From: an uncultured Acidobacteriota bacterium
GTDB taxonomy: Bacteria > Acidobacteriota > Thermoanaerobaculia > Multivoradales > SZUA-115
DNA length: 64,000 bases
NCBI GenBank assembly: GCA_963805975.1
Contig: CAWDVR010000003.1
Location: forward strand, 1 to 64,000
Direction of reading: 5' to 3'
This document shows, piece by piece, positions 47,886 to 57,473 of the stretch. The notes beneath the pieces were generated by a model that searched no databases, had not been told where the DNA came from, and saw only the letters and a program-made list of their open reading frames with translations. How positions within the stretch are numbered: the stretch's first letter is position 1; each line of letters begins with the position of its first letter. A program made the translations under genes and the position numbers.

Positions 47886-48320
47886 ATGGCGGATCGCAAG
47901 TACGGCTCGCGCGGCTACATGGACAGCGACCGAGCCGAGCCACGCCGCGAGCGTTCCGCGGTGCCCGGGGGCGTGCCGCGGGAGAAGCCGGAAGGCCCGC
48001 GCGGCCGCGGCCTGGGCGCGCCCACGGCGACGGTCTTCCGCTGCGCGGTCTGCGGCGCCAAGCAGGAGGCGCCGGCGCCCGACGCTTTCGCCGCCACCTG
48101 CTCGCCGTGCGGCACGGCCCTCCACGCCTGCAACCAGTGCCGTCACTTCGACACCTCGGTCCACAACGAGTGTCGCAAAAACGTCCCGGTGCGCATAGTA
48201 AGGAAGACGCAGCGCAACGAGTGCGTGCTCTTCGAGCCCAAGCTGGCGCAGGTGTTCGCGGCCGAGAGCGGCCGGCCGAGCGATGCCAAGTCCGCCTTCG
48301 ACGCCCTGTTCAAGTTCTAG
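47886..48320 (+). CDS. Small Cys-rich (zinc-finger-like) hypothetical protein
   Basis: CAVC, CSPC, CNQC plus two further Cys; ends AFDALFKF. Confidence 0.75.
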   Translation: MADRKYGSRGYMDSDRAEPRRERSAVPGGVPREKPEGPRGRGLGAPTATVFRCAVCGAKQEAPAPDAFAATCSPCGTALHACNQCRHFDTSVHNECRKNVPVRIVRKTQRNECVLFEPKLAQVFAAESGRPSDAKSAFDALFKF

Positions 48321-48351
48321 CCCTCGACCGACCCTGCGAGAAGGAGCCTGC

Positions 48352-50184
48352 TTGCTGCTGTCCAAGAGATCCGGATCCGTCGTTCTCGCCGCCGGCCTGC
48401 TGCTGGCCGCGGGCGCCTCTCGGCTCGCGGCCTCGGCCGCCTCGGAGGCGATCCTGCCGCCGCTTCCGCCCTGGGAGGGGAAGAGCCGCTCGCTGATGGT
48501 GGACGGTAAGGACCCCTGGGTGACGCCCAGCGAGGCCACGGGTCTTCGCGGCACGCCGACCTACGACGAGACGTTGGCCTATCTGCGGCGGCTCTCGGCC
48601 GCGGCGCCGGAGCTCTCGCTGGTCTCGCTCGGCAAGAGTCCCGAGGGCCGCGATATCTGGATGGTGATCGCCTCGGCCGAGCGCGCGAAGACGCCCGAGG
48701 CCCTCGCCGCCACGGGCAAGCCGAGCCTCCTCGCCCAGGGCGGGATCCACTCCGGCGAGATCGACGGCAAGGACGCCGGCCTCATGCTGCTGCGCGACAT
48801 GACCGTCGCCGGCAAGAAGCGCGACCTTCTCGCCAAGGCGAACCTGCTCTTCATCCCCATCCTGAACGTGGACGGTCACGAGCACGCCTCGCGCTACGGC
48901 CGCATCAACCAGCGCGGCCCGGAGGTGATGGGTTGGCGCACGACGGCGCGGAACCTCAACCTGAACCGCGACTACGGGAAGCTCGACGCGCCCGAGACCC
49001 GTGCCGTGGTGGCGGCGATCGAGCGCTACCAGCCGAGCCTCTACTTCGACCTCCACGTCACCGACGGCAGCGACTACCAGTACGACATCACCTTCGGCAA
49101 CAACGGTCCCCACGCCTACTCGCCGGCCATCGCCCGCTGGCTGGACGGCGTGCTCACCCCGGCACTCAACGCGGACCTCGCCGCGTGGGGCCACATCCCC
49201 GGTCCGCTCATCAACTTCGTCGACGCCGGCGATCCGACGAAGGGCAACTTCGTCTGGACGGCGCCGCCGCGCTTCTCGCACGGCTACGGCGACGTACGTC
49301 ATCTGCCCTCGGTGCTGGTCGAGAACCACTCGCTCAAGCCCTACGACCAGCGGGTGCTCGGCACCTACGTGCTGCTCGCCTCGGCCTTGAAGGCGCTGGG
49401 CGAGCGCGGCGGCGAGCTGGCGGCGGCCATGGCCACCGACCGCGCCCGCCGCCCGGCCGAGCTGCCCGTGGGCTGGAGGCCGCCGTCCACGCCGCCGGCC
49501 AGCATGAGCCTGCTCGCCATCGCGGCGCGCCAGGAGCCGTCGAAGGTTTCTGGCGGCAACCGCACGGTGTGGACGGGCAAGCCGGTCGAGCTCACCGTGC
49601 CGGCGGTGGCGGCGACCGAGCCCACGGCCACCGTGCCGCGAGCCCGGGCGTATTGGGTGCCGCCCACCTATCCGGAGGTGATCGAGCGCCTGCGCACCCA
49701 TGGCGTCGAGATGGAGATCACCGCCGCACCGCGGGCGATCGGGGCCGAGATGTATCGGCTCGAGGAGCCCAAGCTGGCGGCGCAGCCCTTCGAGGGCCGC
49801 GTCGGGGTCACGGCACGGCCTGTCCCTGAGCGCCGGAAGGAGACCTTCCCCGCCGGCTCGGCCCGCATCTCGACCGATCAGGTGCTCGGCGATCTCGTGG
49901 TCCTCCTGCTCGAGCCCGGCTCGCCGGACTCGTTCTTCCAGTGGGGGTTCTTCCTCGAGCCGTTGCAGCAGACCGAGTACGTCGAGGGATACGTGATGGA
50001 GCCCATGGCCGAGGCCATGCTCGCCGAGAGCCCGGCCCTCGCCCAGGAGTGGGAAAAAGCGCTGGCCGCCGATCCGGAGCTCGCCAAGAACCCGGCCGAG
50101 CGCCTGCAATGGTTCTACCGCCGCACGCCGTTCTTCGACGCGCGCTGGCGGCTCTACCCGGTCGCGCGCGAGCTCGCCCCGTAG
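48352..50184 (+). CDS. Exported M14-family zinc carboxypeptidase
   Basis: Signal peptide; GGIHSGEIDG, NVDGHE, NLNRDY, DLHVT. Confidence 0.9.
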   Translation: MLLSKRSGSVVLAAGLLLAAGASRLAASAASEAILPPLPPWEGKSRSLMVDGKDPWVTPSEATGLRGTPTYDETLAYLRRLSAAAPELSLVSLGKSPEGRDIWMVIASAERAKTPEALAATGKPSLLAQGGIHSGEIDGKDAGLMLLRDMTVAGKKRDLLAKANLLFIPILNVDGHEHASRYGRINQRGPEVMGWRTTARNLNLNRDYGKLDAPETRAVVAAIERYQPSLYFDLHVTDGSDYQYDITFGNNGPHAYSPAIARWLDGVLTPALNADLAAWGHIPGPLINFVDAGDPTKGNFVWTAPPRFSHGYGDVRHLPSVLVENHSLKPYDQRVLGTYVLLASALKALGERGGELAAAMATDRARRPAELPVGWRPPSTPPASMSLLAIAARQEPSKVSGGNRTVWTGKPVELTVPAVAATEPTATVPRARAYWVPPTYPEVIERLRTHGVEMEITAAPRAIGAEMYRLEEPKLAAQPFEGRVGVTARPVPERRKETFPAGSARISTDQVLGDLVVLLLEPGSPDSFFQWGFFLEPLQQTEYVEGYVMEPMAEAMLAESPALAQEWEKALAADPELAKNPAERLQWFYRRTPFFDARWRLYPVARELAP

Positions 50185-50256
50185 GCGGCGAGGCGCGGGA
50201 CCCGAGCAAAGCATTCCGCCGGCCGCTGTTACGAGCACCGGTGAAGGAGGATCGTC

Positions 50257-50847
50257 ATGTTGCAGGAGATCGCCACCCCCGTGGTCTACCCCGGCTGTAG
50301 CCGTTTGATCGAGGAGCTGGACAAGGCCGTCGCCAGCTCGACGGTGCCGGACAAGATCACCCACGCCGTGCAGGCCACGCTCCACGAGCTGCTCTCGGCC
50401 CGCCAGGTGGAGCTGCCGGAGGGCATGCGCCAGCCCGCCCCCAACACCTACGCGCGGCGCCTGGTGCACGCGAGCCCCGAGCTCGGCTACACCGTGCTCG
50501 CCATGGTGTGGGGGCCGGGCCAGGGCACGGGGCTCCACAACCACGCCGGCATGTGGTGTGTGGAAGGCGTGCTCGACGGGCTGATCGAGGTCACCCAGTA
50601 CAGCATGCACGAGCGCTCCGGCAGCCTCTACCGCTTCCAGCGCGAGGGCTGCGACAAGGCCGGCGTCGGCGAAGCCGGCCGCCTGATCCCGCCGCACGAG
50701 TACCACGTGCTGAGGAACGTCGTCGAGGGCGGCTCCTCGATCACCATCCACGTCTACGGCGGCGAGATGAGCCGCTGCAGCGTCTTCGAGCCGCGGACGG
50801 AAGGGTGGTACGAAGAGGTGACGAAGAACCTGGTGCTGACGGAATAG
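50257..50847 (+). CDS. Cysteine dioxygenase-family cupin
   Basis: YARRLV, MVWGPGQGTGLHNH, EYHVLRN, SITIHVY. Confidence 0.85.
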   Translation: MLQEIATPVVYPGCSRLIEELDKAVASSTVPDKITHAVQATLHELLSARQVELPEGMRQPAPNTYARRLVHASPELGYTVLAMVWGPGQGTGLHNHAGMWCVEGVLDGLIEVTQYSMHERSGSLYRFQREGCDKAGVGEAGRLIPPHEYHVLRNVVEGGSSITIHVYGGEMSRCSVFEPRTEGWYEEVTKNLVLTE

Positions 50848-50995
50848 GCGATCCAGCACGGCGCTCGAGACGGGCGCAGAACGCGACAAGAGAAGGACGA
50901 TGAGCCCCGGTGCAGAGCGGCGGCGGGAGGAACCCTACCGCGGAGGCATCGAGTCGAGCGGGGCTCCGGGACCGTAGCCGTCGGCTCGACGGACA

Positions 50996-52213
50996 TCACC
51001 CCGCGTACATCCGCACCGAGTACCCCACGTCGTCCGCCATCTGGAGGGTCGCCGCGAGGTCGGGGTGGCGGAGGACCAGGAAACCGTCCGAGACCAGGGT
51101 CTGGCGCCAGTCGCGGCGGCGGGCGCCTACCGGCAGCAGGTTGTCCCAGGCGATCCAGGCGCCGTAGGCGCGGGCGATGCGATCCAGGCCCACGATCTTG
51201 CGGATCGTGCCCTGGCCCTGGGCGCGCTTGTAGACGTTGGCCACGTTGTAGCGGCGGCGGACGTCCTCGCTCATGCGCTTGTGGCAGACCGCCTCGGCCC
51301 AGCCGCGGAAGATGTCGATGTCGCAGGCGAAGTTCATCTGGTCCACCTGGTGGGCGCCCGGGGGGCGTGCCCCGATCTCGCCAAAGACCACCTCGCCGTC
51401 GGCTTTCCGGTACCACTCCATGTGCGTGAAGCCGGACTCGAAGCCCATCGCCTTGAGCACCGCGCGGCCCATCTCGATGCCGCCCGCGAGCTCCGGCTGG
51501 TCCGGGTTGCGCAGCGCCACCACCTGCGGGCTGATCCACTCGTTGCTCCTCGCCACGAGGGGCCGCGGCCGATACCAGGCGACGTTGTAGTAGGCGGGCT
51601 CGCCGTCGATCGAGACGGTGTCGAAGGTGTACTCCTCGCCGTCGACGAACTCCTCGACGCTCACCTCCGGCACGTGGTGCATGCGGGAGAGGGCGGCGTG
51701 GAGCTCGCCGGTATCGTGCACGCGATAGGTGTCGGCCGAGCCGGCGCCGGCGATGGGTTTGAGGATCAGGGGGAAGCCGATCCGCTCCGCCGCTTCCCAG
51801 CAGGCGGCGGCCGAGGTGGCGGCCACGTGGCGGGGGGTGCGGATGCCCGCCGCGTCCAGGATCTGTTTCATTCGCTCTTTGTTACGGAAGGCGAAGGCCT
51901 GCTCGGGAGTCAGGCCCGGCACGCCCAGGGCCTGGCGCAGGCGCGCCGCGAGCTCCACGCCCGGCTCCCACAGACACTCGACACGGTCGGGCGCGCGGCC
52001 TCCCAGCCAGCCGCGCACGGCGTCGATCACCCCCTGCTCGTCCCACAGGTTGCGCACCTGGAGGTAGGCGGAGACGGCCGACCGCGCGGGCTCGGGGATG
52101 GCGCCGGCGGGCTGGTCGCCCACTCCCAGGACCTCGGCACCGACCTCGGCCAGACCGCGAGTGAAGTGGGGCATGTCGCCGGGATAGCCGGGGGAGATCA
52201 GCAGAACCTTCAT
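50996..52213 (-). CDS. ATP-grasp domain protein
   Basis: FRNKERMK, GFPLILKPIAGAGS, VEEFVDGEEY, THMEW, GEIGARPPG. Confidence 0.88.
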   Translation of the reverse strand: MKVLLISPGYPGDMPHFTRGLAEVGAEVLGVGDQPAGAIPEPARSAVSAYLQVRNLWDEQGVIDAVRGWLGGRAPDRVECLWEPGVELAARLRQALGVPGLTPEQAFAFRNKERMKQILDAAGIRTPRHVAATSAAACWEAAERIGFPLILKPIAGAGSADTYRVHDTGELHAALSRMHHVPEVSVEEFVDGEEYTFDTVSIDGEPAYYNVAWYRPRPLVARSNEWISPQVVALRNPDQPELAGGIEMGRAVLKAMGFESGFTHMEWYRKADGEVVFGEIGARPPGAHQVDQMNFACDIDIFRGWAEAVCHKRMSEDVRRRYNVANVYKRAQGQGTIRKIVGLDRIARAYGAWIAWDNLLPVGARRRDWRQTLVSDGFLVLRHPDLAATLQMADDVGYSVRMYAG

Positions 52214-52395
52214 AGCGTCCTCGCGGGGGGGCGGCCGTCGTCCAAAAGAGAGTGCTGAAGCGCCCGGGATTATATGGCTCGCGGATCGCTCAGCCCTTTC
52301 AGGGTGGCGTCCCTACCCTGAAAAGGGCCGGGGGACCAGCGTTGAGACCTCTTGCCAGGCCCCAAGTCGCGGAAAGCCTGGCGAAGGATCCAGGA

Positions 52396-52411
52396 TGGTA
52401 TTTAATTTGCA
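52396..52411 (+). promoter_or_regulatory. Putative sigma54 (-24/-12) promoter TGGTATTTAATTTGCA
   Basis: GG-N10-GC with TGG...TTGCA context, upstream of a nitrogen-scavenging operon. Confidence 0.6.
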
Positions 52412-52589
52412 GCTAGTCACGACTCTAGATTCCCGCGTACTGTGAGAGATATAAACAGCATTCAGACACCCTGGGAGAACTTCTTGGGAGAGGGCAGAAG
52501 TGCTACGTATTAGTGCGCACATGCGGTGATATGCATTCGGGGTCGGCTATGAAACTAAGACCCGCCGGCCCACGCCTAAGGAGATCTTC

Positions 52590-53648
52590 ATGATCAAGGC
52601 ACGCGCGATCGCTCTCTCGTTCCTGCTCGCGGTGGTGAGCGCCGGCTGCTCCCGGCAGGAGCAGGCGACCCATACCGCCGCTCCCACGCCGGCCGGACCG
52701 GCGCTCAAGATCGCCTACAGCGACTGGCCCGGCTGGGTGGCCTGGGAGGTCGCGGCCCGCAAGGGCTGGTTTGCCGAGGCCGGGGTCGCGGTCGAGCTGG
52801 TCTGGTTCGAGTACGGCCCGTCGCTCGACGCCTTTGCCGCCGGCACGGTGGACGCGGTGTCGACCACCAACGGGGACGCGATGGTCCTCGGCGCCGCAGG
52901 CAAGGCCTCCAAGGCCATCGTGATCAACGACTACAGCAACGGCAACGACATGGTGATCGGCCGCCCCGGCATCGGCTCGGTGGCGGAGCTCAAGGGCAAG
53001 AAGATCGGGGTCGAGCTCAACCTGGTGGATCACCTGCTGCTGCTCAAGGCCCTCGAAGCGAACGGCCTCTCGGAATCCGACGTCACCCTGGTCAACATGC
53101 CCACCAACGACACGCCGCAGGCCCTGGCCGCGGGCGGGGTCGACGCCATCGCCGCCTGGAACCCGGTGGCCTCCCAGACCCTGCAGCAGGTGGCGGGGTC
53201 GAAGGCACTGTTCACCAGCCGAGAGGTGCCGGGCCTGATCTACGACGCACTGTTCGTCGACCCCGCGAGCCTCGGAGCGCGGCGGGAGGACTGGGCCAAG
53301 GTGGCCAAGGTCTGGTTCCGCTGCGTCGAGCACATCACCAATCCGGCCACCCAGACCGACGCGGTGGCGATCATGGCGGCGCGCGTGGGCATCACGCCCG
53401 AGCGCTACCAGCAGTTCCTGGCCGGCACCCACCTGCTCGACCTCGCGGGCAACCTCTCGGTGCTGGCCCCGGGCACCGGGCTGTCGTCGGTCCTGGGCTC
53501 GAGCGACATCGTCAACCGCTTCAACGTGGAGAAGAAGGTCTACGCCAAGCTCCAGGAGCCGGCGGCCTTCTTCGAGCCCGCTCTGGTCGAGGCCATGGCG
53601 GCCGAGCTCGGGGTCGAGCGCGTGGCCTCGAACCGGTTGGCTCCGTAG
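52590..53648 (+). CDS. ABC transporter substrate-binding lipoprotein (NitT/TauT type, probably guanidine)
   Basis: Lipobox SAGC; IAYSDWPGWVAW, DYSNGND, AAWNP; context with gdmH. Confidence 0.88.
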   Translation: MIKARAIALSFLLAVVSAGCSRQEQATHTAAPTPAGPALKIAYSDWPGWVAWEVAARKGWFAEAGVAVELVWFEYGPSLDAFAAGTVDAVSTTNGDAMVLGAAGKASKAIVINDYSNGNDMVIGRPGIGSVAELKGKKIGVELNLVDHLLLLKALEANGLSESDVTLVNMPTNDTPQALAAGGVDAIAAWNPVASQTLQQVAGSKALFTSREVPGLIYDALFVDPASLGARREDWAKVAKVWFRCVEHITNPATQTDAVAIMAARVGITPERYQQFLAGTHLLDLAGNLSVLAPGTGLSSVLGSSDIVNRFNVEKKVYAKLQEPAAFFEPALVEAMAAELGVERVASNRLAP

Positions 53649-53688
53649 GCAGCGCCCAACAGCAGAGAGCAGAGAAGGGAGAGTTTCC

Positions 53689-54777
53689 GTGGCTCAGACC
53701 ACCGCATGGTTCGCAATCCGCCGGGAGCTGCCTCCGCACCGGGCGGCGGTGCCGCTCCTGGGCGGCCTGCTGTTGCCGCTGGTCCTCTGGTCGGTGGTCT
53801 CCTACGTGCCTTTCCTGTGGCATCCCTACTTCAAAGTGGTGAGCCCCGGGGGCTCGACGGAGCTCACTGCCGGCATGCGCGTCACGCCGGAGCAGCTCGC
53901 AGCCGAGAACGCGCGTCTCGGGGCGGCGGGCCAGCCGACCGTGCACGGGGTGCGCGCCAACCCGATCTTTCTGCCGGCGCCGCACGAGGCGCTCCGTGCC
54001 GTCTTCACGGCCTTCGCCACCGAGCCCTTGCGGCCGGGCGACCCGTGGCTCCACGAGAGCCTCCTGCACTCGATCCAGATCATCGTCTGGGGCTTCCTGC
54101 TCTCGGCCCTCTTCGGAGTGCCCCTCGGCATCCTCTGCGGCACCTTCGCCTTCTTCTCGCGCGCCGCCGAGCCGTTCACCGACTTCATCCGCTACATGCC
54201 GGCGCCCGCCTTCGGCGCGCTGGCGGTGGCGGTGCTCGGCATCCACGACGCGCCCAAGGTCGCCATCATCTTCATCGGCACCTTCTTCCAGATGGTGCTG
54301 GTGATCGCCAACACCACGCGGCAGCTCGACGTGTCGCTGGTCGAGGCGGCGCAGACCCTGGGGGCCAACCGCAAGCAGCTCCTGTCCCGGGTGGTGATCC
54401 CCGGCATCCTGCCCAACCTCTACAACGATCTGCGCATCCTGCTCGGCTGGGCGTGGACCTACCTGATCGTGGCCGAGCTGATCGGCGCGAGCTCGGGCAT
54501 CAGCTACTTCATCAACCAGCAGGGCAAGTACCGGAACTACGACAACGTCTTCGCCGGCATCATCATCATCGGCCTGGTCGGCCTGCTCACCGATCAGTTG
54601 CTCTCCCTGGCGTCGCGCTTCCTGTTCCCGTGGCAGCCGGCGGCCAACGGTTCCCTGGTGCGCAAGGTGGTGCACGCGGCGACCGCCCTCGCCAGGCATC
54701 TCAAGGGCCGGCGCCGCCAGCGCCCCGCCGTCGCCAGGCCGATGGCGCCGGTCGCCGACATGCGGCGGGGGAGGTAG
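53689..54777 (+). CDS. ABC transporter permease (NitT/TauT type)
   Basis: FLPAP, EPFTDFIRYMP, EAAQTLGA, GWAWTYLIVAEL. Confidence 0.92.
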   Translation: MAQTTAWFAIRRELPPHRAAVPLLGGLLLPLVLWSVVSYVPFLWHPYFKVVSPGGSTELTAGMRVTPEQLAAENARLGAAGQPTVHGVRANPIFLPAPHEALRAVFTAFATEPLRPGDPWLHESLLHSIQIIVWGFLLSALFGVPLGILCGTFAFFSRAAEPFTDFIRYMPAPAFGALAVAVLGIHDAPKVAIIFIGTFFQMVLVIANTTRQLDVSLVEAAQTLGANRKQLLSRVVIPGILPNLYNDLRILLGWAWTYLIVAELIGASSGISYFINQQGKYRNYDNVFAGIIIIGLVGLLTDQLLSLASRFLFPWQPAANGSLVRKVVHAATALARHLKGRRRQRPAVARPMAPVADMRRGR

Positions 54778-54780
54778 CAG

Positions 54781-55689
<909 letters not shown>

Positions 55690-55738
55690 AATCACCCGGT
55701 TCCGCGCACCACCCCACTGCCTCTCAGGGGAGAAGCGA

Positions 55739-56905
55739 ATGAGTGACCAGACGCCTGCTCCACCGTTCGACTCGACCCTCGGCCGCCTGGCAGCGCAGAA
55801 AGAAGGCACGATCCCCGAGGAGCGTGGCCACGCGCGCGCTCGCCGCGGCGTCGAGCTGGGGCTGCCGGCGGCTGCCTCGGTCACCGACCCGATGATCAGT
55901 TGCTTCTCGCGCGCCGAGCTGCCGCACTTCGCGGGGATCAACACTCTCTTGAAGCTGCCCTATCTCGAAGACGTGCGCCAGGTGGGGAACTACGACATCG
56001 CCTTCCTCGGCATCCCCTTCGACACCGGCACCACCTACCGGCCGGGCACCCGTTTCGGGCCGCAGGGCATGCGCCGGGTGTCGGCGCTCTACACGACGTA
56101 CTTCTACGAGGTGGGCGTGGACCTGGTGGAGTCGGTCGCGATGTGCGACCTGGGGGACGTCTTCGTCATCCCGGCCAACCTCGAGAAGAGCTTCGACCAG
56201 GTGAGCCGCGCCGTGTCGCACGTCTTCTCGAGCGGCTGCTTCCCCTTCCTCATGGGCGGCGACCACTCGCTCGGCTACCCGAACGTGCGCGGCATCGCGC
56301 CGCACATCGACGGCAACATCGGCATCATCCACATCGACCGCCACATCGACCTGCAAGAGAAGGACATGGACGAGCGGATGCACACCACGCCGTGGTTCCA
56401 TGCCACCAACATCCCCAACGCGCCGCCCTCGAACCTGGTGCAGATCGGCATCGGCGGCTGGCAGGTGCCGCGCGCCGGTGTCAAGGAAGCGATGAAGCGC
56501 GGCACCAACATCCTGACCATGGACGACGTCGAGCGGCTCGGCATCGAGAAGACGGCCGAGATCGCGCTCGAGGCGGCGTGGAAGAACGCCAAGGCGGTCT
56601 ACCTCTCCTTCGATATCGACAGCGTGGACTGCGGCTTCGTGCCCGGCACCGGCTGGCCGGAGCCGGGCGGGTTCCTGCCGCGCGAGGTGCTGAAGCTCCT
56701 CAAGCTGGTGGCGCAGGAGGGCATCGTGGCGATGGAGGTGGTGGAGGTGGCGCCGGCCTACGACATCAGCGACATCACCTCGCTGCTCGGCGTGCGCGCC
56801 ATGCTCGATGTGCTGGCGGTGCTGGTGGACAGCGGCCAGCTCCCGAGGAAGGACCGGCTGGCCAACATCCGGCCGGCGGGGATCGACGCCTGGAGCGGCT
56901 ACTGA
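55739..56905 (+). CDS. gdmH: Ureohydrolase-family enzyme, probable Ni-dependent guanidine hydrolase
   Basis: GGDHS; HIDRHIDLQEKDMDERMHTTPWFHATN; IGGWQVPR; SFDIDSVD; PGTGWPEPGG, as recalled for the GdmH clade; adjacent hypA and ABC importer. Confidence 0.82.
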   Translation: MSDQTPAPPFDSTLGRLAAQKEGTIPEERGHARARRGVELGLPAAASVTDPMISCFSRAELPHFAGINTLLKLPYLEDVRQVGNYDIAFLGIPFDTGTTYRPGTRFGPQGMRRVSALYTTYFYEVGVDLVESVAMCDLGDVFVIPANLEKSFDQVSRAVSHVFSSGCFPFLMGGDHSLGYPNVRGIAPHIDGNIGIIHIDRHIDLQEKDMDERMHTTPWFHATNIPNAPPSNLVQIGIGGWQVPRAGVKEAMKRGTNILTMDDVERLGIEKTAEIALEAAWKNAKAVYLSFDIDSVDCGFVPGTGWPEPGGFLPREVLKLLKLVAQEGIVAMEVVEVAPAYDISDITSLLGVRAMLDVLAVLVDSGQLPRKDRLANIRPAGIDAWSGY

Positions 56906-56986
56906 GAGACTTGCCGCGCCAGGGCGCTTCCTCCAAGCTGCCGGATTTCCACGGATTTCTGGACCCATTTTCTTGAACTTCGTCCG

Positions 56987-57352
56987 GTGCACGAGCTGTC
57001 GATAGCGCTCGCCGTGGTGGAGACGGTGAGCGAGCGATTGCTCGGCGAAACCCCCGACGGGAAAGGCCCGCCGCGGGTCGAGAGCGTGACGCTCGCCGTG
57101 GGCGCGCTCTCGGGTGTCGATTGCGGCGCGCTGCGCTTCGCCTTTCCCGAGGCCACGGCCGGAACGGCGCTCGCCGGCGCGGCGCTCGAGATCGAGGAGA
57201 TCGGCGTCGTGGCCTTCTGCCCGAGCTGTGAGCAAGAGCAGGCGATCCCCAACGTGCGGCGCCTGCGCTGCCCGGTCTGCCGCACCCCCACGCCGCGCAT
57301 CGTGAGGGGACGAGAGCTCGAGGTCCTGCGGCTGGCGGTGGAGGAAGGGTAA
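56987..57352 (+). CDS. hypA: HypA-family nickel metallochaperone
   Basis: MHELSIA, VGALSGVD, CPSC...CPVC, GREL. Confidence 0.92.
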   Translation: MHELSIALAVVETVSERLLGETPDGKGPPRVESVTLAVGALSGVDCGALRFAFPEATAGTALAGAALEIEEIGVVAFCPSCEQEQAIPNVRRLRCPVCRTPTPRIVRGRELEVLRLAVEEG

Positions 57353-57370
57353 GGGGTAGGGAAAGAAGAG

Positions 57371-57473
57371 TGGATTCCCGCTTGCGCGGGAATGACGAGT
57401 CACGGCGCTCGCCTGCCGGGCTCTTGGCGTTACCGAACTGGGGCTCCGTCATTCCCGCGCAAGCGGGAATCCA
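57371..57473. repeat. REP doublet, 27-bp perfect inverted repeats (ATTCCC-N8-GGGAAT core)
   Basis: tggattcccgcttgcgcgggaatgacg (57371-57397) and cgtcattcccgcgcaagcgggaatcca (57447-57473). Confidence 0.85.

Noticed and set aside
56987-57352. hypA as evidence for a hydrogenase locus
   Set aside because: No hydrogenase genes nearby; the context indicates nickel delivery to the ureohydrolase
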